From the NCBI RefSeq assembly GCF_047605705.1, contig NZ_JASGFD010000025.1, positions 1,168 through 65,167 on the forward strand: a DNA stretch of 64,000 nt. Direction: 5' to 3'. Origin of the DNA: Silvibacterium sp. GTDB taxonomy: Bacteria; Acidobacteriota; Terriglobia; Terriglobales; Acidobacteriaceae. Below are positions 35,060 to 44,644 of the stretch, piece after piece; within the stretch, counting starts at the first letter, position 1, and each line of letters opens with the position of its first letter. Under the pieces are notes generated by a model that worked only from the letters and a program-made list of their open reading frames with translations, was not told the DNA's origin and made no database searches. The position numbers were made by a program, and so were the translations under genes.

Positions 35060-36874
35060 CTACGGGACGATCAATTTATCCGGCGATGACGAGGCAGCCT
35101 TCTTCGAAACCACTCCCGCGCCCTCGCGAACCGTATAAAAATGCTCGCCGTCTAGGTTCGTGAGCGTGTCCTTGGCGCCATCCGGCCATCGGACTTCGAC
35201 CTTCTCTGCGCGCGCATGTGCTCCGAGGCCGAAGTGCAGACGCAGGTCGCTCTGCGAGAGATAACTGCCGCCGCTCAGCACCTCACCGTTCTGCGTGAGG
35301 TCGCCACTCGTCACGCGCACGCGCGTGTTCAGCGCGAGGCGGTTGCTCTTCGTTCCTTCGAGCGTAAAGCTGATCCAGTGATTCTCCTCGCCGCCCTTCG
35401 GCCTCAGGATCATCGGAGGTCCGGTGAGGTTTTCAACGATCAGCTCCTGCTTGCCATCATTGAAGAGATCGGCCACAGCAAGCCCGCGGCTCACCTGCGG
35501 CGTTTCGATCGCCGGCCCTGCGTCCTGGCTCACATTGCGAAACGTCCCGTCGCGCTGGTTGCGCAGCAGCAGCTTCGGCTCGCGATAACGCGCCGCCGTA
35601 TGCGCGTCATCCACCTGTGGGTACACGTGCCCATTCACCAGGAAAAAGTCGAGCCATCCGCTATTGTCGAGGTCGACGAGCGCATCGCCCCAGCCGACAT
35701 AACCTTTACTCGCGAGCTCGATGCCACTCGCAGCCGAGATATCGCTGAAACTCATATTTCCATCATTGCGATATGCAGCCGCGTATTCATTGTCGAAGTG
35801 AGAGAGGATGATTACGGAGCGCCCCGAGTGCAGAGCATCGCCATACGCGACGCCCATGTTGGCCTGCTCCACACCATCTTCGCTCGCCGCTACGCCTGCG
35901 GTGTAAGCCACGTCAGAGAAGGTGCCGTCGCCGTGGTTGCGATAGAGGTAGTTTTGCTCGCCATCGTTGGTCACAAATAAATCGAGATGCCCGTCATCGT
36001 CGAAGTCGGACCAGATCGCGGTGAGACCGAAGAGCTTCTGCTCATCCGCAACACCTGCCTTCACCGAAACATCGGTGAAGGTGCCGTCATGATTGTTGTG
36101 ATAAAGATTATCCGGCGATCCCTTCAGTCCGCGCGGACCGCACTGCACCTCGACACCGAGATACCGGCACGTCTTGCTTGAGCCGAAGACCGGGAGCGCC
36201 TTCAGATCCAGATCGACATAATGCGAGACGAAGAGATCGGCATAGCCATCCTTGTCGTAATCGCCAAAAGCCGCACCCGTGGCCCAGAGCTTGTCGTCTG
36301 CGAGTCCAGCAGCCTTCGTCACATCGGTGAATGTGCCATCGCCGTTGTTACGATAGAGCACCACACCGCCGAAGCATGTCACCAGCAGGTCGGGCAAACC
36401 GTCGTTGTTGTAGTCACCCACCGCCGCGCCCATCGCCCAGCATGGTGTCGCAACCCCGGCCTTCTCGGAGACATCAGTAAATGTGCCATCGTGATTGTTA
36501 CGATAGAGCGCACTGCGCGCCGGCTTGCCTGCCAGCGCCATCTCCACGCTTTGTGCGCCGGTAAAGTAGAGGTCAGGCCAGCCATCGTGATCGTAGTCGA
36601 TCACCGCAACACCGCCGCTCATCGACTCCACAATATAGCGCTGCGCGGGGCTGGAAAGATGCTCCCAGTGGATGCCGGTCGACGCGGTGATGTCGATCAG
36701 CTGCACAGAAGAAGTCTTTTCGCGGCGCGCGGACTCCTGCGCAGGCTCCTGCGCTCGCGCACGTGAAGGGCCGCAACATGCGGCCATCAGCGCGAAGATG
36801 ACAATCCGCAGCGCAAGCCGAATTCCGTGCAGAGCGTTAGTTCTTCGGGAGTGACGCGTCGTCTTTCGGGTCAT
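35060..36874 (-). CDS. CRTAC1 family protein (FG-GAP/VCBS repeats + ASPIC/UnbV domain)
   Basis: Repeats DYDHDGWPDLY, DYNNDGLPDLL, DYDKDGYADLF, DFDDDGHLDLF. C-terminal GGSYLSQSDLRLHFGLG. Confidence 0.85.
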   Translation of the reverse strand: MTRKTTRHSRRTNALHGIRLALRIVIFALMAACCGPSRARAQEPAQESARREKTSSVQLIDITASTGIHWEHLSSPAQRYIVESMSGGVAVIDYDHDGWPDLYFTGAQSVEMALAGKPARSALYRNNHDGTFTDVSEKAGVATPCWAMGAAVGDYNNDGLPDLLVTCFGGVVLYRNNGDGTFTDVTKAAGLADDKLWATGAAFGDYDKDGYADLFVSHYVDLDLKALPVFGSSKTCRYLGVEVQCGPRGLKGSPDNLYHNNHDGTFTDVSVKAGVADEQKLFGLTAIWSDFDDDGHLDLFVTNDGEQNYLYRNHGDGTFSDVAYTAGVAASEDGVEQANMGVAYGDALHSGRSVIILSHFDNEYAAAYRNDGNMSFSDISAASGIELASKGYVGWGDALVDLDNSGWLDFFLVNGHVYPQVDDAHTAARYREPKLLLRNQRDGTFRNVSQDAGPAIETPQVSRGLAVADLFNDGKQELIVENLTGPPMILRPKGGEENHWISFTLEGTKSNRLALNTRVRVTSGDLTQNGEVLSGGSYLSQSDLRLHFGLGAHARAEKVEVRWPDGAKDTLTNLDGEHFYTVREGAGVVSKKAASSSPDKLIVP

Positions 36875-38060
36875 CGCGGATCTGGTCCGGCTGAATCTGG
36901 AGCTCTTTATACATCGCGCGGAGCTTGTCTTTCATCTGCCGGTATTTTTGAAACTGCTCGAGCTCGGCCTTTGCCTGTTCTGCGTTGCCTTGTTCGCGAA
37001 AGAGCGTACTCAGGCGATAGTGCGCGGTCGCGTTCGTCGGATCGACCTGCACCACGTGCTCAAGCAGCGGTAGAGCCTTATCCTTCTGGTCGAGCGCAAT
37101 GTACGTCTTCGCGAGTCCGAAGTTTGCCTCGGCATCGTCGGGACGAAGCGCGACGGCCTTTTCATACGCCGGCTTCGCCTGCGTCCAGTCATTCTTCGCG
37201 GCCGCCGCATCCCCGATGCGCTCAAGCGACTTCTCATCGCCGGGGTTCTGCTTCAAAGCTTCTTCGTACTCGGCAATCGCCTCCTGCTTCAACTTCGGAT
37301 CGGACGAGGTGTTCAGCAGTTCGGCCAGCTCGAAGTGCACACCGGGCAGTTTCGGATCGAGCGCGATGGCCTTGCGGTATTCGGCGATGGCTTCGTTCGT
37401 CTTGCCTTCGCGCGTCTCCTCGTGCGCCATCACCTGGTGCATCTGCGGCGAGTCGGGATCGACCAGCGAGAGGCTCACGATAGACTCCGCCGCAAGATCG
37501 GAGTGAATACGATAGGCCGCGTAGAGAACCTCTACGTTCTCAGGATCGTTTCTGCGCAACTCGGCAACCGTCGCGGCTGCCTTATCCAGCTCGCCTGTTG
37601 CGGAATACAGCTCGATCAATGACAGCCCGAGTTGCGTTTTGAATTTCGTCTCGGTAATCAGCGGAAATGCGGCTTCCATGTCGATACGTGCTGCGGCCAG
37701 GTCGCCGGTGTTGCGCTCCGTGATGCCCAGCAATCCCTGGATCTTCGCCAGCCCCGGCTGCAGCGCAACAGCCTGCCTCAGATGCGGCAGCGCGCCGGCG
37801 TAATTGCCGCGGAAGAAGAGCAGCACGCCCAGATTCGCCTGCACATCGACGTTCTGGGGATCGAGCTTTACCCACGCTTCGAGTTCAGGAATAGCCAGCT
37901 CAGGCTTCTTCTCACGCAGATACTCCTGCGCTTTGCGGGCATGCGCGGCGATCTCGGCCTGCGTGCCAGTAGCCGGCGTGGTTGCGGTCTGCGCGAAGAG
38001 CGGAGCGGCGAGGAGGAGGGCGCCGGCAAAAAAGAGGCAGGGGCGCGATAGGAATTTCAT
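36837..38060 (-). CDS. secreted tetratricopeptide repeat protein
   Basis: Signal peptide MKFLSRPCLFFAGALLLAAPLFAQ, then about 10 TPR units (..AIAEYRKAIALDPKLPGVHFELAELL..). The 3' end overlaps the next gene by 38 nt. Confidence 0.85.
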   Translation of the reverse strand: MKFLSRPCLFFAGALLLAAPLFAQTATTPATGTQAEIAAHARKAQEYLREKKPELAIPELEAWVKLDPQNVDVQANLGVLLFFRGNYAGALPHLRQAVALQPGLAKIQGLLGITERNTGDLAAARIDMEAAFPLITETKFKTQLGLSLIELYSATGELDKAAATVAELRRNDPENVEVLYAAYRIHSDLAAESIVSLSLVDPDSPQMHQVMAHEETREGKTNEAIAEYRKAIALDPKLPGVHFELAELLNTSSDPKLKQEAIAEYEEALKQNPGDEKSLERIGDAAAAKNDWTQAKPAYEKAVALRPDDAEANFGLAKTYIALDQKDKALPLLEHVVQVDPTNATAHYRLSTLFREQGNAEQAKAELEQFQKYRQMKDKLRAMYKELQIQPDQIRDDPKDDASLPKN

Positions 38061-38101
38061 GACAGACGATGATAGCCGGTGAAGACGTGAGCACGCAGCG
38101 C

Positions 38102-38132
38102 ATAAAAGAAGGGAGACGGCGAACCGTCTCCC
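38102..38132 (-). terminator. intra-operon terminator-like hairpin between the TonB receptor and TPR genes
   Basis: gggagacgg-cgaa-ccgtctccc (38111-38132), followed on the minus strand by TTCTTTTAT. Confidence 0.55.
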
Positions 38133-38158
38133 CGGTTTTCATGTGATGCAGTGGAAGG

Positions 38159-41100
38159 TTAGAAGTTGATGTGAGCCGCCAGCTGCACGGTACGGCCACC
38201 GACCGTCGTACCCGTGATCTGCTGCTGACCGGTCCAGGTGTAGGGCTGCCCCGCCTCCTGACCGGAGGGTCCGGTCAGCTGCTGCGTGGGCATGCCGAAG
38301 CTGGCATGGTTGAAGGCGTTCGACGCATCGGCGCGGATGTTCAGCTTGACGTTCTCGTAGATCGAGAAGGTCTTGCCGGCCGAGAGGTTGACCTGGTCGA
38401 TGCCGGGGCCATAGAGGGAGTTGCGGCGAACATTGCCGAAGGCACCATCCGCCGGCTTGATGAAGGCTTCCGGGTTATACCACTCGTTCGCGCAACCCGG
38501 ATAGCCAGGTTCGCAGCGAGCCGAACGATGAGCCGGCTTGACGTCCTTCACAGCCGGGTTCCAGTCGGGGAACACCGAACCGGCCTGCTGGTAGTTGGCC
38601 TGTGTGCCGTACACGGTGAACGGATTGCCCGAGGAGAGCACAATGGTGCCGGAAAGCTGCCATCCACCGATGACCTCATCCAGCAGCGCATTGTGGTTCA
38701 GGAATAAGCGTCCCTTGCCGAAGGGCAGTTCGTACAGCGCATAGCCCTTGAAGGCGTTGCGGATGTCGAAGTTCGAGTTGCTGTAATTGCCACTCGGGTT
38801 GTTGGCCTGCTGGTAGTTCTGCTGGCCGGAACGGCTGCCCCAGGCAGACGAGTCCTGGTCGTCGAGGAAGTGCGACCAGACGTAGTTGAAGCTGTAGCTG
38901 AATCCCTGTGCCAGACGGCGGGAGATCGTAGCCTGCAGCGAGTTGTAGTTGGAGATACCGTTGTTCGAGCTGCCAGTGATGCCCTGGTAGGCCGAGTACG
39001 GACGATACGCGGTGTCATTCGTCGAGAAGTACTGCTCCGGCACCGCATTCAGATCGGTCGGATAGTTCAGATTGAAGCCGTGGCTGCCTACATAGGAGAG
39101 CTCGGTCATCATGTTCGAGCCGATCATTTTCTGCAGAGCGACGTTGTACTGGTAGATCTTGGGAACAGGGGTGTGGAACTCGTTGTACGTCACGGCCTGG
39201 CCGTTGAAGCGTGTGGGAGAAGTGCTGGCCGCGGAATACGGCAACGGGGTGCTGGTGCCGTAGATGGTGCCAGGGCCGTCCAGCTTGGTGATCGGCGTGA
39301 TGCCGTTGGTCTGATCGGAGTCGTTACCGCTCGAAAGCACAGCTCCGCCCATACCGCCGCCGTAAGTATCCAGGCTCCAGTTATAGGAGTAGACACCAAA
39401 GCCACCGTTCAGCGTGGTGTCCTGCTTCGGCTGCCAGGAGAAGCCCACACGAGGCAGGATGGTGTTGTAGACATCGGCCTGCAGTGCGCCGCGGCCATGG
39501 GCCTTGGTGCTGCCATACCAGTACGCGCCGTCCTGATTGGTTGCCGTGTTCAGCACTTCCGGATCCCACACGGCTTCGTTGCCGGTAATTTCATTCCAGC
39601 CGTGGTTGATCTGGTAGCGGAGGCCGAGGTTGATGGTCAGGTTCGGACGCAGCTTCCAGTCATCCTGGATAAAGACCTGCGGGCTCTTGAGGCGTGCGCC
39701 ATATTCCGGCGATACGCTCGCGTTCCAGCTGTTCGGGAGACCGAGCAGGAAGTCGGCGTATTCCAGACCGGTGGAGGTGTCGGGCGAGGCGACGCCATTC
39801 GCGTCCAGCGTCCACTGTTCGGTGTACTGGCCGGCGAAGGTCATGGTGCCTGCGTTGGTGTTGCCCCAGGCCGTCGAGTCATCGCGATAGATAAGGAACT
39901 CGCCGCCGAAGTGGAGGATGTGACGGCCGCGGATCATCGTGACGACATCCGACGGATCGAAGACATGCTCCTTATAGACGGCATTCGCGCTGGGCTCAAT
40001 CCAGGCATAAGGATAGTTGCGGTCGTACTGGATGTTCGGGATGCTGTCCGCCTTGGCGAACTGCCAGCCGAGTGCCGAAGGATATCCCTGTCCGAGAGTC
40101 AGGTCCTGATAGAAGTTGCCCTGCCAGGTGTAGCCGAGGCGCGCTTCGTTGATGGTGGTCGGGCTGATGTTCCAGACGTCGGTCACCTGCGCGTTGTTGT
40201 TGTCCACATCGCCCGACTGGCAGCCGATCGGGCAGGCGGTCACACCGTTCGGATACACCACCGGCGTATCGCTCTGCGTGTCGGACAGCGTGAGGCGGTT
40301 GGTCTTGGTGATGTCAAAATCCAGGCGGCCGAAATACTTCCGGTAAGGCGTCGACTGCGGAACGCTGGAGTAGAAGTTATTCTGCAGTTCGCCATCGGAG
40401 CCGATGCTGCCGGGAATGAACTTGCCACCCGCGATGTGATTGGAAGCGGTCGGGTAGAACTGCTGGAACTTGTTCGCCACCGAATCAATCATTGCCGCCG
40501 GAATGGCGTTCGATCCGTATTCCTCCTGGAAGGACTTACGAACCGGGTAAGGATTGCCCTTCGAGTCATAGGCAATGGTCTGCGTCGTGGGATCGTAGAT
40601 GGTGTACTGGCCGGTGAAATCGCCGCCCATGACCGCCGCGGTCGGAATCGAATTGGTGGCGTTGCTGGCCGCACCGTGATTCACGATCTGGTCATAGTTG
40701 AAGTAAAAGAACATCCGCTTCTTGAGGATCGGACCACCGATCGATCCACCGAAGTCGTTGTAACGCGAGAAGGGCACGGTCGGCTGGCTGGCAAAGCCGA
40801 AATTGTTCGCATTCAGCTTGTCGTTCTGCCAGTAGTCGTAGGCTGTGCCGTGGAACTGGCTGGTGCCGCCCTTGGAAATCTGGTTGAAGACCGCGCCGCC
40901 GATGCCGTACTGCGCCGAGAAGGTCGAGGTGTTCACCTGCAGCTCGGCCACATTCTCAAAGACTTCAGGATTGGCGTTCGAGCTGTGCGAGAGCGTCGTC
41001 GAAGCACCGTCTGCTAGCACGTTGCTGTAAGGCAGGTTGCCGTTGATGGCCACTTCCTGGCCGGGGTTGTTGGCGCCTGCACTCGAAGCCGGAGTACCGG

Positions 41101-41596
41101 TTGCGCCCGGCAGCAGGATCATGAAGTTTTCCCAGTCCTGCGTGGTCTGGGGCAGCTGCGCCATCGACTTCGCATCGAGGGTCGTCTTCTGCTCACCCGA
41201 TTCGGTCTGCAGCAGCGGAATGTCGGTGTTGACCACAACCTTCTGGCTGACAGCGCCCACTTTGAGGTTGCCGTTGACCGTGCTGTAGCCCACCTGGAGG
41301 GTGATGGGGCCGCGGACGAGCTGCTCAAAGCCGTCCTTAGTGAAGGTCACCGTGTAGTTGCCGGTCACGATCGAGCCGGTGTCAAAAACACCCGCGTCAT
41401 CCGAAGTGAAAGATTTCGATACGCCGGTATCGACATTCAGAACCGTAATCGTCGTACCGGGGATAACCGCTCCGGTTGCGTCCGTAATGGTTCCGCGGAT
41501 GTCGCCCGCGTTCATGCTCTGCGCCCATACAGGTGCGCTGCCCGCACCCATGGCCACGGCGAGTATCGCCGCTCCAAGGCGTCCCAAATTCTTCAT
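38159..41596 (-). CDS. TonB-dependent receptor with an N-terminal carboxypeptidase-regulatory-like domain
   Basis: 1145 aa. Signal peptide, then GDIRGTITDATGAVIPGTTITVLNVDTGVSKSFTSDDAGVFDTGSIVTGNYTVTFTKDGFEQ. Barrel ends ..VQLAAHINF (terminal Phe). Confidence 0.9.
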   Translation of the reverse strand: MKNLGRLGAAILAVAMGAGSAPVWAQSMNAGDIRGTITDATGAVIPGTTITVLNVDTGVSKSFTSDDAGVFDTGSIVTGNYTVTFTKDGFEQLVRGPITLQVGYSTVNGNLKVGAVSQKVVVNTDIPLLQTESGEQKTTLDAKSMAQLPQTTQDWENFMILLPGATGTPASSAGANNPGQEVAINGNLPYSNVLADGASTTLSHSSNANPEVFENVAELQVNTSTFSAQYGIGGAVFNQISKGGTSQFHGTAYDYWQNDKLNANNFGFASQPTVPFSRYNDFGGSIGGPILKKRMFFYFNYDQIVNHGAASNATNSIPTAAVMGGDFTGQYTIYDPTTQTIAYDSKGNPYPVRKSFQEEYGSNAIPAAMIDSVANKFQQFYPTASNHIAGGKFIPGSIGSDGELQNNFYSSVPQSTPYRKYFGRLDFDITKTNRLTLSDTQSDTPVVYPNGVTACPIGCQSGDVDNNNAQVTDVWNISPTTINEARLGYTWQGNFYQDLTLGQGYPSALGWQFAKADSIPNIQYDRNYPYAWIEPSANAVYKEHVFDPSDVVTMIRGRHILHFGGEFLIYRDDSTAWGNTNAGTMTFAGQYTEQWTLDANGVASPDTSTGLEYADFLLGLPNSWNASVSPEYGARLKSPQVFIQDDWKLRPNLTINLGLRYQINHGWNEITGNEAVWDPEVLNTATNQDGAYWYGSTKAHGRGALQADVYNTILPRVGFSWQPKQDTTLNGGFGVYSYNWSLDTYGGGMGGAVLSSGNDSDQTNGITPITKLDGPGTIYGTSTPLPYSAASTSPTRFNGQAVTYNEFHTPVPKIYQYNVALQKMIGSNMMTELSYVGSHGFNLNYPTDLNAVPEQYFSTNDTAYRPYSAYQGITGSSNNGISNYNSLQATISRRLAQGFSYSFNYVWSHFLDDQDSSAWGSRSGQQNYQQANNPSGNYSNSNFDIRNAFKGYALYELPFGKGRLFLNHNALLDEVIGGWQLSGTIVLSSGNPFTVYGTQANYQQAGSVFPDWNPAVKDVKPAHRSARCEPGYPGCANEWYNPEAFIKPADGAFGNVRRNSLYGPGIDQVNLSAGKTFSIYENVKLNIRADASNAFNHASFGMPTQQLTGPSGQEAGQPYTWTGQQQITGTTVGGRTVQLAAHINF

Positions 41597-41715
41597 ACTG
41601 CCTCCCGAAAAGATCTTGCCCTTCCGTCTCTTCTGTAAAACTCATGAGGTTCTGCCCGTTACTATCCGGCAACTCCGGTGGGGAGAAACTGGCAGCCCCT
41701 GGCGTCCTTCCCATA

Positions 41716-41895
41716 GACAATCGCTTGTCTTAACACTGGACAGGAATGCGTTGCAGATTACAGCGCCTTCGAACAACGATTGTCAAGCGGGGCCCGAAAT
41801 GATTTTTCAGACTAGACAAACGTTTTCCTCCGGAAGGCGGGAAAAAGCCCGGTCCTCTGATCTGGCCGGCGGCACGATTCTCCGCAATCGTTTGC
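41716..41895. promoter_or_regulatory. four candidate LacI-family operators in the divergent promoter region
   Basis: gacaatcgcttgtc (41716-41729), gaacaacgattgtc (41771-41784), gacaaacgttttcc (41815-41828), gcaatcgtttgc (41884-41895). All are variants of the pseudo-palindrome ACAAnCGnTTGT with the central CG typical of LacI/GalR operators. Confidence 0.45.
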
Positions 41896-42007
41896 CTGAA
41901 TTTTGCGCGAGGACGCTGCAAAATCCCATCGGGCACCCAATTATTTGCTACACTCCACAGGACATCAGGCGCTTAGGCAGCAGGTTCACAGGCAGGTTCA
42001 GAGGTAG

Positions 42008-43063
42008 ATGGCAGCAAAATCCGAGAGTGGAAAAAAGGGCAGGCAGCCGCTTCGCGATAAGCCGGTTCGCCTGAAGGAGCTGGCCGAGTACCTGGGCCTG
42101 AACCCGTCCACCATCTCCGTCGTGCTCAATGACACCCCGGGACGCTCGATCCCGGAAGCGACCCGCCAGCGCATCAAGGAAGCCGCGCAGAAGCTCAACT
42201 ACCAGCCGAACCTGGTGGCGCGCTCCTTCCGCAACCGCCGCACCCTCACCATCGGCATCATGGTGCCGGTGCTCAGCGACGGCTATCACACCGAGATCAT
42301 GACCGGCGCCGGCGATTGCCTGGTCAACGCCGGCTACTTCTACTTCACGGCACACCACCGCCATCGCCCGGCACTGGTCGACCAATACAGCCGCCAGCTG
42401 GTGGCCAAGGGAGCCGAGGGGCTGATCTGCATCGATACTGCGATCGAGCACCCGATGTCCGTGCCGGTGGTCGCCGTCGCCGGTCATCGGCACGTCCGCA
42501 ACGTCACGAACGTCGTGCTCGATCATCGACGGGCAGCGGAGTTGGCCATCCAGCACCTGTATTCTCTGGGCCACCGGCGCATTGCTTTCATGCACGGCCA
42601 GCCCTTCAGCTCGGACTCGAACGACCGCTGGCAGAGCATGGTCGATGTCTGCAGGGAACTTGGCCTGCCCATGCATCCCGAGCTCATCATGCAGCTGGAT
42701 CGCGACATCAGCACGCCGGAACTCGGCTATCCGGTGGTCGAGCAGCTGGTGAAGGCTCGCCGCAAATTCACCGCGCTGGTCTGCTTCAACGACATTGCCG
42801 CCATCGGCGCCATCCGCGGCCTGCGCGATCTCGGACTGCGCGTGCCTGAGGATGTCTCGGTCATCGGCTTCGACGACATCAAGGCTGCCGCCTTCCTGAC
42901 ACCGGGCCTCACCACCATCCGCCAGCCGCTGGCCGAGATGGGTCGCTTCGCCGCGCAGTACATGGTCAACCGGCTGAACCAGACGGAAGAATTCCGCGAG
43001 CAGGTTGCCTTCGAGCCCGAGTTGATCGTTCGCGAGTCGACCGCGCCACCGCACCGCAGCTGA
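42008..43063 (+). CDS. LacI family transcriptional regulator
   Basis: HTH VRLKELAEYLGLNPSTISVVLND..TRQRIKEAAQKLNYQPNLVARS plus a periplasmic-binding-protein-like sugar-binding core. Confidence 0.9.
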   Translation: MAAKSESGKKGRQPLRDKPVRLKELAEYLGLNPSTISVVLNDTPGRSIPEATRQRIKEAAQKLNYQPNLVARSFRNRRTLTIGIMVPVLSDGYHTEIMTGAGDCLVNAGYFYFTAHHRHRPALVDQYSRQLVAKGAEGLICIDTAIEHPMSVPVVAVAGHRHVRNVTNVVLDHRRAAELAIQHLYSLGHRRIAFMHGQPFSSDSNDRWQSMVDVCRELGLPMHPELIMQLDRDISTPELGYPVVEQLVKARRKFTALVCFNDIAAIGAIRGLRDLGLRVPEDVSVIGFDDIKAAAFLTPGLTTIRQPLAEMGRFAAQYMVNRLNQTEEFREQVAFEPELIVRESTAPPHRS

Positions 43064-43074
43064 CTTTCCTATCC

Positions 43075-43105
43075 CAAAAGAAAAGGCCCGGGATCGATCC
43101 CGGGC
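43075..43105 (-). terminator. rho-independent terminator of the RND operon
   Basis: Perfect 20-nt palindrome gcccgggatcgatcccgggc (43086-43105), followed on the minus strand by CTTTTCTTTT. Confidence 0.8.
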
Positions 43106-43153
43106 TCAAAGCCGTTCAGTTCTGCCTGTGCGGTCACTCCCATAGGACCGCGC

Positions 43154-44644
43154 TTACGGTTTCTTCGTTACCTCGGAAACCGTTGGCAGCTTGGAGGTGT
43201 CCCAGCCTCCGCCGAGTGCTGCGATCAGCTCGACGGCGGACACCATCTGGTTCATCTGGAGAGTCGTCAGCGACTCACGATCCGTCAGCAGCGTATTCTG
43301 CGCGGTCAGCACATTCAGGTACGTATCGACGCCCGACTTGTAGCGCGTCGTCGCGATGTCCTGATAGCGCTGCGCGGCATCGACCGCGAGCTGCTGCTTC
43401 TGGATTTGCTCGGAGAGCAGCCGGCAGGAGACGAGATAGTCTTCCACCTCCTTGAACGCCGTCAGCACCGTCTCACGATAGCTCGCCACATCCGCGTTGT
43501 ACTGCGCCTCGTAGTTCTGCACATTGGCCTTGCGCGAGCCCCAGTCAAGCAGCGTCTCCGAGGCTGATGCCCCGATAGACCAGAAGCGCGCAGGCCAGCC
43601 CAGCAGCTGCGTAATGTCCGAGCTCTGCGTACCGCCGGAGCCAGTGAGCGAAATCGTCGGATAATACGCCGCCTTCTGTACTCCGATGTACGCATTCGCC
43701 TCAGCCATGGTGCGCTCGGCCGCGGCGATATCCGGACGCCGCTCCAGCAGCTGCGAAGGCAGCCCTGTGGGGATCTGCGGCAGCTTCGCCGAGAGTGGCT
43801 TCACCGCAAGAGAGAAGCTGCTCGCCGGTTTGCCCAACAGCAGCGCGATGGCGTGCTCGTACTGCGCGCGCGTGATGCCGACCGCGACAGCGTTTGCCTC
43901 AGCGCCGCGCAGATTCGTTTCGGCCTCGGCAACATCCTCATCGGTGTCGACGCCCGACTTGAAGAGTGTCTTCGTCAGCTCGAGGTATTGCTTGTAGCTT
44001 TCGACCGTATTGTCGTAGACCTGCTGCAGCGCGTCTTCCCCGCGCAGCTCGAAGTAGTACTGCGCCAGGCTCGACTGCTCGCTTAATGTCTCATTCGCGA
44101 GATTCGCCGCGCTCACCTGCGCCGCATTCTGGTCGGCGCGCAGCGTGTTGCGCACGCTACCCCAGAGGTCCGGCTCCCATGAGACATCGCCTACCAGTTC
44201 GGTGCTGGTCGAGCTGCTGCTCGACTCCAGCTTGGCCGTGCTGGCGCTGCCCGTGCCCTGCCGAGAGTACGAAGGCGCAGCGGTGACCGAGGGAAACAGC
44301 GAAGCATGTTCCGAACGCACAACGGCGCGCGCCGCCATGTAGTTCTGGAAATACTCCTTGAGGTTCTGGTCGTTGATCAACAGAGACTCCTCAAGCTGAT
44401 TCAGCTCGGGATCGCCGAAGATCTCCCACCACTTGCCGCGCAGCATGGCATCCTGCGGATCGGCCTGCTTCCAGCCGCCGGCCTGCGCATCGGACGAGCC
44501 CGGCTGGCTTTCCTTGTAAGCCGGAGGCGCGGGTACGCTGGCGCGTTGATATTTGGGTCCGACGTTGCAGCCGGCCACGAAGACAAGCAGAGCCGCGCAC
44601 GCAGATTTCATCAGCAGACTTTGTGCAGGGGTTCGGGCGTTCAT
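43154..44644 (-). CDS. efflux transporter outer-membrane factor lipoprotein, NodT family
   Basis: Start set at ATG 44644 (ATGA overlap with the upstream stop). Lipobox LLVFVAGC. The two-repeat OMF pattern ends ..LIAALGGGW. Confidence 0.88.
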   Translation of the reverse strand: MNARTPAQSLLMKSACAALLVFVAGCNVGPKYQRASVPAPPAYKESQPGSSDAQAGGWKQADPQDAMLRGKWWEIFGDPELNQLEESLLINDQNLKEYFQNYMAARAVVRSEHASLFPSVTAAPSYSRQGTGSASTAKLESSSSSTSTELVGDVSWEPDLWGSVRNTLRADQNAAQVSAANLANETLSEQSSLAQYYFELRGEDALQQVYDNTVESYKQYLELTKTLFKSGVDTDEDVAEAETNLRGAEANAVAVGITRAQYEHAIALLLGKPASSFSLAVKPLSAKLPQIPTGLPSQLLERRPDIAAAERTMAEANAYIGVQKAAYYPTISLTGSGGTQSSDITQLLGWPARFWSIGASASETLLDWGSRKANVQNYEAQYNADVASYRETVLTAFKEVEDYLVSCRLLSEQIQKQQLAVDAAQRYQDIATTRYKSGVDTYLNVLTAQNTLLTDRESLTTLQMNQMVSAVELIAALGGGWDTSKLPTVSEVTKKP

